A DNA stretch of 64,000 bases from Candidatus Thorarchaeota archaeon (GCA_963726195.1 CAVSBO010000010.1:1-64000); one strand, 5' to 3'; positions 29,454 to 40,332 are shown, counted from the stretch's first letter. Made by a program: numbers and translations. Notes: generated by a model from the sequence alone, not told the origin.

Positions 29454-30680
29454 ATGGTTCTAATGGGTTTCAGCGTAGGCATTGTAGGGAAACCATCGTC
29501 TGGCAAGACTTCGTTCACAAATGCGGCATGCATGACCGATTTCAAAGTAGGTAATTATCCGTTCACCACAATACAGGCGAATGTTGCAGTCACCTACGTG
29601 CGCACACCATGTGCATGCAGAGTCTTCAATGTAAAGGACAACCCGAAGAATTCCGCTTGTATCGACGGCATCAGAATGATACCTGTTAAGATGATTGACG
29701 TTGCAGGCCTTGTTCCAGGTGCACATGAAGGAAAGGGATTGGGCAACCAGTTCCTAGATGACTTGAGACAGGCCGATGTGCTGATTCATATTGTAGACAC
29801 CAGCGGCTCCACTAACTCGGAAGGGCAGGAGGTTGCCGCCGGAAGCCACGATCCTCTGGAGGACGTGAAGTTCCTTGAGGATGAAATCACTGAGTGGATG
29901 TCTGCAATAGTACAGAAAGACTGGAGAAGGATATCTGGACGAGTGAAGGCAGAGTCTGCAAAGGTTGACGAGCTCCTTCTGGAGAAGCTTACTGGCTTGA
30001 ACATCAGCAGAGGATACATCCTGAAGGCGATCAGAGACGCGGGTCTCAAAGCAGAAGCGGCAGACAACTGGACAAATGATGACGTGAGGAAGTTCGTTCG
30101 CGTACTCCGAAAAGTTTCCAAGCCCATAATAATCGCGGCCAACAAAATCGATCGCCCCACTGCAGAACAGAATCTCAAGAGACTCCAGCAGGCATATCCT
30201 GACACCCTTGTTGTGCCAGTGAGCGCTCTGGCTGAGAGAGCACTCCGAGACATGGACAAGAAGGGGGTCATCAAGTACATATCCGGTGATGACGACTTTC
30301 AGATTCTGCAGCCAGCCAAACTAAAAGAAGCCGAACGGGTTCAGTTGGAAAAGCTGAAGAAAGACCTTCTCAAGAAATACGGTGGTACAGGAGTCCAAGG
30401 CATTCTCAATCGGGCAGTGTTTGAGTATCTGCATATGATAGCAGTCTACCCGGTCCATGACCCGAATTCGCTCACAGATGGGGAAGGTAATGTCCTTCCG
30501 GATGTCTACCTCGTCCCAGAGGGTACGACAGCAAAGGAGTTCGCTGGAGTAATCCATACAGACCTGATGGAGAGCTTCATACATGCAATCGATGCTCGTA
30601 CGAAGATGAGAATCTCCGACAAGACCGTCTTGAAGAACGGAGACGTCATCAAGATTGTAAGTGCCAAAGGAACCAAGTAG
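29454..30680 (+). CDS. ychF: Obg-family YchF-like GTPase/ATPase
   Basis: GKPSSGKT, YPFTT, DVAGLV, NKID motifs, TGS C-terminus. Confidence 0.9.
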   Translation: MVLMGFSVGIVGKPSSGKTSFTNAACMTDFKVGNYPFTTIQANVAVTYVRTPCACRVFNVKDNPKNSACIDGIRMIPVKMIDVAGLVPGAHEGKGLGNQFLDDLRQADVLIHIVDTSGSTNSEGQEVAAGSHDPLEDVKFLEDEITEWMSAIVQKDWRRISGRVKAESAKVDELLLEKLTGLNISRGYILKAIRDAGLKAEAADNWTNDDVRKFVRVLRKVSKPIIIAANKIDRPTAEQNLKRLQQAYPDTLVVPVSALAERALRDMDKKGVIKYISGDDDFQILQPAKLKEAERVQLEKLKKDLLKKYGGTGVQGILNRAVFEYLHMIAVYPVHDPNSLTDGEGNVLPDVYLVPEGTTAKEFAGVIHTDLMESFIHAIDARTKMRISDKTVLKNGDVIKIVSAKGTK

Positions 30681-30751
30681 ACTGAGGTCGTCCTGAGTCG
30701 CTTGCGCGTCTTGTCACGATTGGATGATTAGACTCAGAAGAAGAACCGCCT

Positions 30752-31342
30752 TCAATGCTCATTTACGGCCTTGCGTCTTGACTCTGGTCTGGCGTTCAGG
30801 GGCTGATTCCGAAGCTGCTCTCCAAGCTTCCAGTAATCCCCGGTCTGTGGGAGAAAGGTGAATAGCTTCGCTTTGGCTGCATCAAATCCGCCTTTTTTAT
30901 CCAGCAGAGATTCATCTACGTGGACAGCCACGGCATCTGCGATGAAAAGATCGTGACTTCCTAACGCAATTACTTGCTTCGTTTTGCATTCGATGTTAAT
31001 GATGCATTCCTTAATCATCGGAGAGGTGACCTTGGTCGAGGGTTCCGCAGTAAGATGGGCCTCTGCGAACTTGTCAATGTCCTTGCCCGACTTTGTGCCA
31101 CACAGTTTCGCTGCTTCAACCAAGTCTGCGGAAGGAATGTTGACAACGAAGTCTCCCGCGTTCTTCACAAGATCGTGACTGTATCTCCTTGGCCGAATGG
31201 CGACTGCGACTGTGGGCGGCTCGCTGCATACGTTCGCGACCCAAGAAAGTGTGATGATATTTGGTCGGGCGGGCCCTTTCACGCTCAGAAGAATAACCGG
31301 GCAGGGGACAATGGAATTAGAAGGCGCGAGTTGCCGTTTCAC
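30752..31342 (-). CDS. Flavin reductase family protein
   Basis: CGTKSGKDIDKF, GSHDLFIA motifs. Confidence 0.85.
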   Translation of the reverse strand: MKRQLAPSNSIVPCPVILLSVKGPARPNIITLSWVANVCSEPPTVAVAIRPRRYSHDLVKNAGDFVVNIPSADLVEAAKLCGTKSGKDIDKFAEAHLTAEPSTKVTSPMIKECIINIECKTKQVIALGSHDLFIADAVAVHVDESLLDKKGGFDAAKAKLFTFLPQTGDYWKLGEQLRNQPLNARPESRRKAVNEH

Positions 31343-31443
31343 AGACTAGAAGAGGCGGATTCGGCCTTAAGAAACTGTTTAGTCGCCAAACTTAAGACAG
31401 AGTGAAGCGGGTCTGGCCTCACCTGAATCAGAAGGTGCAAGTC

Positions 31444-32361
31444 ATGGTACGTGTGTTAATCGCAGATCCTGTTGCGGAGTCGGCCCAGAAGAGGCTGGAG
31501 AAAGCAGGACTTACAGTTGTAGTTAGGAAGCCAGAGACCGATGGTCCTCTGGAGAAACAAATCAAGGGTTTTGAATGCATAGTGGTCAGAAGTGCAACGA
31601 AGGTGACCAAAGAGGTCATTGCTTCTGCCGACAAGCTCGAGCTCATAGTCCGAGCGGGGGTAGGTCTTGACAACGTCGATGCAGAGGCCGCAAAGGCGAA
31701 GGGCATCAAGGTTCTGAACACTCCCGAGGGGCCCTCTGTCTCAGTCGCAGAGTTGGTCTTTGGCCTCATGCTCTCGCTCATCAGGTTCTTCCCGGTGGCA
31801 GACCGCACGATGAAAGAAGAGAAGTGGGAAAAGAAGAAACTAGAGGGTACAGAGCTGTACAAGAAGACACTGGGCATTGTTGGTTTGGGAAGAATCGGAG
31901 CAGAAGTAGCGAAGAGGGCTAAGGCCTTCGACATGGATGTGCTTGCCTACGATGTAATTGACATCAGCAAGGCATGCAAGGACCTTGGCATAAAGCGTGC
32001 TGAGCTCAAGGATATCATAGAGAAATCCGATTTCATAACACTACATGTTCCAATGGTACCCGCGACAAAAGGTATGATTGGCGAGAAGGAACTTGGTCGT
32101 ATGAAGAAGACCGCCTACATAATCAACACCTCTCGTGGTGGGATTGTCGATGAAGCGGCTCTTCTAAAGGCACTCGACGCAGGAACAATCGCAGGCGCAG
32201 GTTTGGACGTGTATGTAGATGAGCCACCTAAGGACTGGAAGCTAGTGAAGCATCCAAAGGTCGTGGCAACGCCCCATATCGCATCATCTACGCTCGAGGC
32301 TCAGAGCAGGATAGGAGAACTGACCGTCGACAAAGTCATTGCAGAGTTCGTCAAGAAATAG
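31444..32361 (+). CDS. D-2-hydroxyacid / phosphoglycerate dehydrogenase
   Basis: RAGVGLDNVD, GLGRIG, INTSRGG, TPHI motifs. Confidence 0.88.
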   Translation: MVRVLIADPVAESAQKRLEKAGLTVVVRKPETDGPLEKQIKGFECIVVRSATKVTKEVIASADKLELIVRAGVGLDNVDAEAAKAKGIKVLNTPEGPSVSVAELVFGLMLSLIRFFPVADRTMKEEKWEKKKLEGTELYKKTLGIVGLGRIGAEVAKRAKAFDMDVLAYDVIDISKACKDLGIKRAELKDIIEKSDFITLHVPMVPATKGMIGEKELGRMKKTAYIINTSRGGIVDEAALLKALDAGTIAGAGLDVYVDEPPKDWKLVKHPKVVATPHIASSTLEAQSRIGELTVDKVIAEFVKK

Positions 32362-32426
32362 GGCACGGCAGTAAACGAATCCGTCTAGTTCAATCGCTAC
32401 ATCTTTAAGTGAAATCTATGGGAGAA

Positions 32427-32525
32427 ACGTGGTCGAGTTGGCGGAGAAGCCAAGGATCTCGACCACGTCATTCCTTTGTGTTGGCGGATACGTCCGCATG
32501 GGATGTGGCCCTAGGGGCTGAACCT
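32427..32525 (+). promoter_or_regulatory. Structured 5' leader of rpl15e
   Basis: Hairpins ACGTGGTCGAG/CTCGACCACGT, GCGGA-TACG-TCCGC and GGGATG..GCCC-TAG-GGGC-TGAACC downstream of TATA-like CTTTAAG. Confidence 0.55.
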
Positions 32526-32565
32526 CAAACAAAGAGACTTGATTTACGGCAAAGGAAGCAGTCAG

Positions 32566-33147
32566 ATGTCAGCATACAAGCACATGAATGAAGCTTGGAT
32601 GGAAGAGGAGGAGCAACGCTCCGAGATCATCCGCGACAGGTTCATCGGCTGGAGAAAGCAGGATAGTATCGTAAGGCTGGAACATCCAACAAGACTCGGA
32701 CGAGCCCGCTCATTGGGTTTCAAAGCCAAGCAAGGCTACGTTGTCGTAAGAGTCAGGACTGGCCGAGGCCCACGTGAGAGGATTCGACCGAAGGCCGGAC
32801 GAAAGCCAAGGCGTATGGGTGTGACCAGATTCACGCCCCAGAAGTCTCGTCGCTGGATTGCTGAAGAGAGAGTAGCACGAAAGTTTCCCAACCTAGAGGT
32901 GCTGAACTCTTACTGGGTAGGTCAGGACAACAAGTGGATATGGTATGAGTGCATCTTGGTCGACCCTAATCACCCCGTAATCTACAACGACCCGGCCATA
33001 AACTGGGTGTGTGACCCTGTCCAGAAAGGCAGAGTACACCGCGGGCTCACCTCAGCTGGCAAGAAGAGCAGGGGTTTGCGCAGAAAGGGTAAGGGTGCTG
33101 AGAAGATCAGGCCATCTCTCGCAGCCAGAGGCAATGTTGGTAAGTAG
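32566..33147 (+). CDS. rpl15e: 50S ribosomal protein eL15
   Basis: PTRLGRARSLGFKAKQG, NLEVLNSYWV, RGLTSAG motifs. Confidence 0.97.
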   Translation: MSAYKHMNEAWMEEEEQRSEIIRDRFIGWRKQDSIVRLEHPTRLGRARSLGFKAKQGYVVVRVRTGRGPRERIRPKAGRKPRRMGVTRFTPQKSRRWIAEERVARKFPNLEVLNSYWVGQDNKWIWYECILVDPNHPVIYNDPAINWVCDPVQKGRVHRGLTSAGKKSRGLRRKGKGAEKIRPSLAARGNVGK

Positions 33148-33271
33148 ACCTGATTACTCCGTTCAGGTTTTGAAAGGTCAGGGGCTTTAATACCAGTCAA
33201 TACCATAGATGTGCAGACGATAACACGAGCCTGTCTGATTGGACTGAACGAGCGATGGAGGCCATGAGAAC

Positions 33272-34549
33272 ATGAAAATCATGCGGGCCTACAAAACAGA
33301 GTTGGACCCCAACAACGTTCAGCGCACAGTCCTGCTCAGACACGCCGGAACAGCAAGATTCGCATACAACTGGGGACTCGCACTGCGGAAGGAAGAGTAC
33401 GAAAGGATGGGAACATCATCGAATGCCATCGAGCTACATCGGCAGTTAAACGCATTGAAGAAGACGAAGTTCGCTTGGATGTACGAGGTTTCCAAATGCG
33501 CCCCGCAGGAAGCCCTCCGAGATCTCGACAGGGCGTACAAGAACTTCTTCGAGGGGCGGGCGGAATACCCAAAATTCAAGCGCAGAAGACTCGGCGCAGG
33601 TAGTTTCAGACTCACAGGATCCATCAGGGTGTTCTGCCACTCGGTGCAATTACCCCGACTCGGCGTGGTTCGACTCAAGGAAGAAGGCTACCTTCCGATT
33701 GGGGGAGTTCACGTCCTGTCGGCGACTGTTTCAGAAAAAGCAGGGAAATGGTTTGTGAGTCTTCAGGTGCAAGATGAGATTGAAGTACCAAATAACACCG
33801 GACCTGTGGCCGGGGTTGATCTTGGTATTTCGAAACTCGCTACAATCAGCGATGGATCCATCATCACGAATCCAAAACCTCTTTCACGCCTCGAGCGAAA
33901 GAACAAGCGAATCCAAAGGTCTCTTGTCAGGAAGGTGAAAGGCAGCAATAACCGAACCAAAACCGTGATACGACTAGCTCGGCACGAACTCAGAATTGCG
34001 AACATCCGCAAAGACGCCCAGCACAAAGCCACAACGATGATGGCGAGAACCAAGTCGGTCATCGGCGTGGAAAGCCTGAACGTGGCTGGACTGCTCAAGA
34101 ACCATCACTTGGCAAAGCAGCTCGCGGATGCAGGCATAGGAGAGTTACTCCGTCAGCTGGAATACAAGACCACATGGAATGGGGGTGCGGTCGTGGAAGC
34201 AGACCCGTTCTTTCCGTCGACAAAACGATGCTCCCAATGCGGAATAGTCAAGGATGAAATGCCGCTCTCTGAGAGAACATACAGGTGCGGGAGTTGCGGT
34301 TTCGAAGTCGACCGCGACTTGAACGCCGCCATGAATCTCAGCTTCAGTCGCCGCCAGTTGGGCGGAGACAGAAAACGCCTGCGAGAATGGAGAGGTTCAT
34401 GCCACAAGAGACAGGTGCTCCATGATGAAGCAGGAACCGAACACTGTTTGGGAGGACGTCCTGAATGGGTGAGTTTCGGACAACGGTTGAGGCCCGAGCC
34501 TACTCACGCGCGACAGAGATTGTCGAAAGGGTCAATGCTGCAGTCCTGA
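33272..34549 (+). CDS. tnpB: TnpB RNA-guided endonuclease (solo element; true 3' end probably earlier than the ORF stop)
   Basis: HTH_OrfB N-terminus, GVDLGI, VESLNV, STKRCSQCG, DRDLNAAMNL. Confidence 0.9.
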   Translation: MKIMRAYKTELDPNNVQRTVLLRHAGTARFAYNWGLALRKEEYERMGTSSNAIELHRQLNALKKTKFAWMYEVSKCAPQEALRDLDRAYKNFFEGRAEYPKFKRRRLGAGSFRLTGSIRVFCHSVQLPRLGVVRLKEEGYLPIGGVHVLSATVSEKAGKWFVSLQVQDEIEVPNNTGPVAGVDLGISKLATISDGSIITNPKPLSRLERKNKRIQRSLVRKVKGSNNRTKTVIRLARHELRIANIRKDAQHKATTMMARTKSVIGVESLNVAGLLKNHHLAKQLADAGIGELLRQLEYKTTWNGGAVVEADPFFPSTKRCSQCGIVKDEMPLSERTYRCGSCGFEVDRDLNAAMNLSFSRRQLGGDRKRLREWRGSCHKRQVLHDEAGTEHCLGGRPEWVSFGQRLRPEPTHARQRLSKGSMLQS

Positions 34550-34926
34550 ACGTATTTCCCGAGGACCTTCGCAGCAGGGTGCAGATATCCAGTGCGACGA
34601 CGGAAGGGTACAATCAGATACCCATTGTTGTAATTGTTGCGACAATAGAGGACAAGGTATCGAGTGAGATTGCAGTAGATTACCTCCTGAGGGCATTATC
34701 TCCAAACGACAAAGAGATCCTCATCAACACGATAAAGCAGCGTCTGGACGAACGTTGCGTTCTTTTCATTAGACTTGATAAGCAGGCGGCATATCTTGGC
34801 CACCTGCAGTTAGCAACGGAGCCTGATGTCATTAGTATCCAAGTCCATATTCGCCAGTATCCTCGATGTAATCAGGAAAAAGCCATAACATTCATTGAAG
34901 AACGTCTAGTATCTGCGGAGGGGTGA
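34465..34926 (+). CDS. Predicted RNA-binding protein (COG1325-like)
   Basis: ATE...V, LFIRLDKQAAY motifs; conserved position between rpl15e and rnp3. Confidence 0.8.
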   Translation: MGEFRTTVEARAYSRATEIVERVNAAVLNVFPEDLRSRVQISSATTEGYNQIPIVVIVATIEDKVSSEIAVDYLLRALSPNDKEILINTIKQRLDERCVLFIRLDKQAAYLGHLQLATEPDVISIQVHIRQYPRCNQEKAITFIEERLVSAEG

Positions 34927-34929
34927 ATC

Positions 34930-35616
34930 GTGCCTCTGGACCTGAACGTAAGAGTACCCAAGTCTGACAGGCTTACAGATTTCACCCAAATGGCAATCAC
35001 AATAGGCCTGACCGGTTTTGCTGTTCCAATACCACTGAGAAACCCCATAACGAAGACGAACGATGGTATTGTACTGATGACTAGGACAGACCTCGTCGGA
35101 AAGGGAGTGGAATCCATCAAGAAACAGCTGTCACGCATCAGACGACAGACTGCAGTAATCGCAGTGCCTCTGAGCGATATCGAGATCTCAAACTGGGCAG
35201 CGGAGGATTCCAGAGTCGATCTTCTAACTGTCGCAGAACTGTCAAAAGAGAATACCATTCGAGAGAGCACAGCAAAGCTGGCTGCACACAATGGAATCGC
35301 TCTGGAGATTCCTATTGCTCCACTTCTCAGATTCTCCGGGCTCGACAGGTCAAAGGTGTTGAAGGTCTACAGAGAGTCTGTAACAACCGCAATAGGCGCA
35401 GGGATGAAAGTCGTCTTGTCGAGCTTTGCATCCGAACCAATCCTAATGAGAGCGCCATCGGCCATGTGGCACATTGGTATCATCCTTGGCATGGACAAGC
35501 GTCAATCAAGGGAGTGCGTATATCAAGTACCGGATCAAATCCTGAGCCGCTCGGAACAGAAAATGAGGTCTCAGTCATTTGCGCCCGGAATCGAAGTTGT
35601 TCGAGAGGAGGGGTAG
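34930..35616 (+). CDS. rnp3: RNase P subunit Rpp30
   Basis: AAEDSRVDLL, ALEI, VVLSSFA...MRAP motifs; operon context. Confidence 0.85.
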   Translation: MPLDLNVRVPKSDRLTDFTQMAITIGLTGFAVPIPLRNPITKTNDGIVLMTRTDLVGKGVESIKKQLSRIRRQTAVIAVPLSDIEISNWAAEDSRVDLLTVAELSKENTIRESTAKLAAHNGIALEIPIAPLLRFSGLDRSKVLKVYRESVTTAIGAGMKVVLSSFASEPILMRAPSAMWHIGIILGMDKRQSRECVYQVPDQILSRSEQKMRSQSFAPGIEVVREEG

Positions 35617-35618
35617 AA

Positions 35619-35927
35619 ATGCGCAAAATGAGAAGAAGGTATGTTCTGTTTCGCGTGCATAGGGAGGGCCCGCCGATTGACGTACATCAGCTTTCAGCAG
35701 CAATTCGAAAGAACTTACTTTCTCTCTTCGGAGAGGTTTCCGTCGCAGACTCTAGGCTGTTCATAGGTAAATATGACGAGAACGAAGGAACCGGGATAAT
35801 GCAATGTAACGCTGAATCGCTTGACAGGCTTATTGCGTCTGCGTCGCTGATAACTACCATTGACAAGACACAAGTGTCCTTTGAGCCAAAACGAGCCTCA
35901 GGGACGCTGAAAGGTTTGGAACGTTAG
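35619..35927 (+). CDS. rnp2: RNase P subunit Pop5/Rpp14
   Basis: RRRYVLF...LFGE...SGTLKGL. Confidence 0.85.
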   Translation: MRKMRRRYVLFRVHREGPPIDVHQLSAAIRKNLLSLFGEVSVADSRLFIGKYDENEGTGIMQCNAESLDRLIASASLITTIDKTQVSFEPKRASGTLKGLER

Positions 35928-35929
35928 AC

Positions 35930-36343
35930 TCAAACTACAACAAGAGGGACTTCGACCACTTTCGCATCATCAAGCATGAAAGCTCGGCTTTTCCAGCGGC
36001 CTGTTGTCTTAGATGCTATCACCCACACAACCGGGTTGAGATTCATGTTTTGAATATCCCTTTCTGACGGCTTGGGGGGCACAGGATGAGAATGAAATAT
36101 CCCAATCAAATCCTCGCCCAGTGCCTCAGCGTCCTGAAGCAGGCGATACTCGACCATAGGGTCAACTTCGAATGCTACGCTCGATTTCAAAGCATTATCA
36201 ACGGGCTCGACTCTCGTAACCGCGACGATGTCGTGTTCGAGATGACCAAAAAGCAAAGCCGCTGACTCAAGAGGTAGACAACTCTGTGCGTGGCGGAGAA
36301 GCCTGTCCATGTGGACTTTCGATATGCGAATGCCGTCCAACAC
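35930..36343 (-). CDS. JAMM/MPN+ metalloprotease
   Basis: E...GIFHSHP...PSERD motif. Confidence 0.88.
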   Translation of the reverse strand: MLDGIRISKVHMDRLLRHAQSCLPLESAALLFGHLEHDIVAVTRVEPVDNALKSSVAFEVDPMVEYRLLQDAEALGEDLIGIFHSHPVPPKPSERDIQNMNLNPVVWVIASKTTGRWKSRAFMLDDAKVVEVPLVVV

Positions 36344-36375
36344 GAGACCGGTCTCCGTTCTGAGGTCGTTGATAA

Positions 36376-37152
36376 TTAGAGTACTCTCAGCTTCTCCCCT
36401 AGTATTCGATCCTCTTCTCCAGCCATGATTGCATATAGCTCTATGTGGTCAAGCAGCTGTGCCGCGTTGCGTATCTTCTTCTCTAGGAGCTCTTGAATCT
36501 GGAAAATGCCTGAGGCGTTGCTCATCGAAATCTCTATTCTCACGGTCTTTTCTTCGCCTTTCTTGATGTCGACCTTGTTAATCGCCATTGCCGAGGCCGA
36601 ATGGATGTTTACTCTCCCTGCCTCAAATGGAATCCTCGCCCTGCCCTTTGTCATGTCGAGCGCATCGGCCACACCAACAATGCCTGCCTCGATAGTGCTC
36701 GGAGTGATTTGTTTGTCATGGCAGAAAATAGCATGGAGTACGTGCCCTCTGATGTGAGCCTGTTTGTGCCTGTCCTTGGGGTACACCTTCTCCAGAATCC
36801 TGCTTACAATCGGTGTTGCTAGAGTCACTGAGAATACATTGTGCCGCTCACGGTGCACGCTCATTCCTATGTCGTGCAGATAACAAGCAAGCATCACTAC
36901 AAGCTCAGAGTCATCGAATGTCCCGGTCTGTTCCTGCACAATGGTCGGTTGGACTCCCGAACTCAAAGCTCGCAGCAGATTAATCCCATTCATGGTTACA
37001 ATCAGAGAGTGCGTGTGTCCGTGATCAGAGAATCCGAGTCGGTCTATTGCCATCCTGTTGCAGTCCTCAAGCATGGTATCGACTTCATCATCATTCTCAA
37101 GTTCATCAAATGCCAACTCGCACATCTTGTTGCCGGCAAATAGCTCGCGCAC
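36376..37152 (-). CDS. HD-domain phosphohydrolase
   Basis: DHGHTH, LHDIG, ADALD motifs. Confidence 0.85.
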   Translation of the reverse strand: MRELFAGNKMCELAFDELENDDEVDTMLEDCNRMAIDRLGFSDHGHTHSLIVTMNGINLLRALSSGVQPTIVQEQTGTFDDSELVVMLACYLHDIGMSVHRERHNVFSVTLATPIVSRILEKVYPKDRHKQAHIRGHVLHAIFCHDKQITPSTIEAGIVGVADALDMTKGRARIPFEAGRVNIHSASAMAINKVDIKKGEEKTVRIEISMSNASGIFQIQELLEKKIRNAAQLLDHIELYAIMAGEEDRILGEKLRVL

Positions 37153-37160
37153 TCTCTCTT

Positions 37161-38795
37161 TCAGAGTACTCTTCTGTTTCTGGAAATTGGGCGCTTTCTC
37201 GCCCTTCTCTCTCTGAACCTTTGACGCTTGCTCCGCCTTGTCTCCAGTTCGATGTCTATCTGAGTGTATCTGTATTCCCCCTTAGTTGGGATTGCGAGGA
37301 CAGCCAAAAGCCGTTTTGGTTGCTGCAAACGGACAATAGGGTCATCCTGCATCCCGTGAAAGCCTTTGCTGTCGAGGCCCTAAATCGCGCCGGGTTAGAA
37401 AATGGGTTTCAATCCGTTGGAAATTCGTTGATGGTCCCTAGAGTCCTCCTACGATGCAATAGCCCGTTTGCGAAGCCCAAGGGAAAGAAGACCCGCGCCA
37501 ATCACAGATGCTGCGCCGATGAACACCAGATTGGAAAGGGTCAAGCCCTGCCCTAGTAGCCAAGCACCTGTAAGTGATCCCACGGCAAACCCGGCCATCC
37601 CCAATGTCTGCAGGAACGACACTACTTCGTCAGACCCGGCAGCATGAGTGTGTTCGTGTCTGTGCCGGGCGATACCAAACGAAGAACCTGTGGCGCGGGT
37701 CAGATAGTAGTGTTGGTGCTCATGAACTCAGCTCAACGGTTGGAGTAAAATCAATGGCGGCGTCATTCCTCGATGGTTCAATAAACCCCTCAGACATTCC
37801 TGCAAAGAGCTAGTACTGACGTCAACACTATGAATGATGATGCGTTTGGGTATAAGGTCACTATTGCGCCCTTGACAATAAGACTGATGACTAGTGGACC
37901 ATAGTGACCGGATTGATCCACCAGCCTTCCAGCGTATACCTGTGTAGCACCCCATACCAAGTCACCGAGAAGGTAGCCGTATGCAATCTGATCGATAGGA
38001 ACTCCATTGTTTTCGATAAGAATAGACAGCCCCGGTGTATAGATGCCATGAGAGAAATCATAGATTATGTAGACGCATGCAAGAATCAACACGGGCCGTG
38101 ACGATAGAGTATGCATGATGAGACCAGGGTGCACATGCCCATGAGCCCTAGGAGGGATTAGTCCATCTCTTTCTGACATAGTGCTTCGTGAACCTATGGT
38201 GCCAAGCACTACAAGAGAAAGAAGGAATAGTGCTGCAGCAATAGCTCCTGATTGTATGCGTTTGATCTTGTGCAGTAATTAGCGCGATGGCATTCACGCT
38301 GGCTCCTGCAAGCCCTTGGCCTATGGCAGACCCAAGAAACAGGGCTGCAAGGAGTGTCCCAATGCTTTCACCGCGAGATGACTTGACGTCGGATGAGACA
38401 CGAATCACAAGGATAGCGAAGAGGCCTGACCCCGCACCGTCGGCGATTCGTGAGACGGCGAGAAGCGCACTATCGGAAGTGATAGCAGGTAATGAATGCA
38501 AACACGCCTAGGAGTCTTCCGGTCGTCGAGAAGTGTGCTTCGCTTGTTATGCATCGATTCTGGTGAAGACAAGTAGGCCAGCAATTTGGCCTAACGAAGA
38601 GAATGTACTTCCCAACGAGATCAGTGATTCAGAACCGCCTAGGTTCAGTATCTGGAATGGAAATAAAAAACGAAGAACCCCGCCCAGTAATCCAAACATG
38701 AAGAGGGCGCTGAAAGCGCTCAGAATGGCTGGTTCCCTCCTTAGGAGCCAACCCTTTTGCGGCGGATTCTCTCTGTTGGTCACAGAACAAGCCAA
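37161..38795 (-). CDS. MFS transporter, multiply frameshifted
   Basis: Series of hydrophobic ORF fragments with 'AGRLVD..G' and 'RGESIG' MFS-like motifs. Confidence 0.5.
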
Positions 38796-38798
38796 TCC

Positions 38799-39209
38799 CT
38801 ACAAGCGTGTCGGATTTGGACCAATCTTCCTTACTTCATCAGCAAACTTGTTTACCTCAGCCGCGAATTTGTCACCCTCTGCGGCGCTAACAAAGACCAT
38901 CTTCACCCGGCCTTCGTTCATGCCTAGCTGGCCGATGAGCTTCTTCGCAAACCGGACCCTTCTTTCTGCACCTAAGTTTCCCGTCTTGTACGCGCAGTCG
39001 CCAGGGTGACAGCCAACCACGAGAACGCCATCTGCGCCTTCTTGGAGAGCCTTCAGAATGAAGTTGATGTCCAGCCTTGCTGTGCAAGGCATGCGAATAA
39101 TGCGAGCACTCACGTCATACTGTATCTTCATTGTACCTGCGAGATCGGCCGCATTGTACATGCACTGAGTACAGCCGAACACGATGACGTTCATGTCCTT
39201 TGGAGGCAT
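38799..39209 (-). CDS. mvhD: Hydrogenase iron-sulfur subunit MvhD
   Basis: CTQCMY.AAD, MPCTAR, GADGVLVVGCHPGDC. Confidence 0.9.
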   Translation of the reverse strand: MPPKDMNVIVFGCTQCMYNAADLAGTMKIQYDVSARIIRMPCTARLDINFILKALQEGADGVLVVGCHPGDCAYKTGNLGAERRVRFAKKLIGQLGMNEGRVKMVFVSAAEGDKFAAEVNKFADEVRKIGPNPTRL

Positions 39210-39564
39210 TCCATCGACCGTTCATTGTTAGTTGAACAAAGTTGGACACAGGAGTCTTCGTCCGCCCAGAAACGGCACTGGGCTCAAACTCCTTGAGGTC
39301 AAGTTCGTGTCGTTTCAACCTCAATGATTGAATTCTTCACTGAGGCTTATGTACTCCTTTAGTGTCATGTCCAAGTTTGTCCAGATTTTCGGCGCGCCGC
39401 GACCCTTCGGTAAGACGTTGGTCGGCTGGCTTGACGTGCCATTTAACCTTTCAGATACGCTCTGGAGACCATCCATAGGGGACTGCCTTTCTGAGATCGG
39501 GCTAGATGTGAGGAGGGCGAGAAGCATTCACTTGTTCAGGAGTCTGCTCAGACTCATACGGTAC

Positions 39565-40332
39565 CTAGACAGGCTTGAATGCCTCTACCTCTGCACTGTA
39601 CACGAGTGTCATGAATGGTCTCTTAGAAACGACCTTCACGTCTTGGAATCCCGCATCATGAATCTTGCCCACGTAAATCCGCTCGTCGAGAGCACCAGCT
39701 ACGCATCCGGCCCATGCATCGGGACTGTCTCTCACCGCTTTGGGCAGCTCCCCATCGGTTACTATGTCAGAAACCATTAACCGGCCGCCGGGCTTCAGTA
39801 CTCTGTATGCCTCTCTGAACACCTTGTCCTTGTCTGGTGCGAGGTTGATTACGCAGTTGCTTATGATGACATCAACAGACTGATCTTCCACAGGCAACTC
39901 CTCGATATCTCCGAGTCTGAATTCGACATTCTCGAGACCCATGTCCTTCGCGCCCTTCTCTGCCAACTCTATCATATCGGGTGTCATGTCTACGCCAATT
40001 GCCCTGCCGTCCGGCCCAACCTTCTTCGCGGCCAAGAATATGTCAATACCTCCCCCAGATCCAAGATCAAGAACAACCTCTCCCTCTTGCAGCCCCGCAA
40101 GAGCTGTTGGATTACCACATCCTGCACTTGCTGCAATGGCCCCATCTGGCAGCGTAGTTATTTGCTCCTTAACATAACCTATGGCTTCTGCGTACTCGGC
40201 ATTCGAGGCCGATTCGCAACATGAGCTGGAGCATGAGCAAGAGGCAGGTGCTTGCGCCCTTTGTGCAACCTCAGCGTAATGCTGTTTCACGTTCTTCTTG
40301 ATGGACTTGCTCTCCTTTCTCATTTCAGACAC
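39565..40332 (-). CDS. arsM: Arsenite methyltransferase
   Basis: GCGNP, LDLGSGGGID, ISNCVINL, WAGCVAGA. Confidence 0.88.
   Translation of the reverse strand: MSEMRKESKSIKKNVKQHYAEVAQRAQAPASCSCSSSCCESASNAEYAEAIGYVKEQITTLPDGAIAASAGCGNPTALAGLQEGEVVLDLGSGGGIDIFLAAKKVGPDGRAIGVDMTPDMIELAEKGAKDMGLENVEFRLGDIEELPVEDQSVDVIISNCVINLAPDKDKVFREAYRVLKPGGRLMVSDIVTDGELPKAVRDSPDAWAGCVAGALDERIYVGKIHDAGFQDVKVVSKRPFMTLVYSAEVEAFKPV

Noticed and set aside
27923-34549. TnpB proteins as Cas12 effectors or as the array's recombinase
   Set aside because: Size and motifs fit ordinary IS-encoded TnpB, there is no CRISPR array, and the presumed guides do not match the tRNA repeat.
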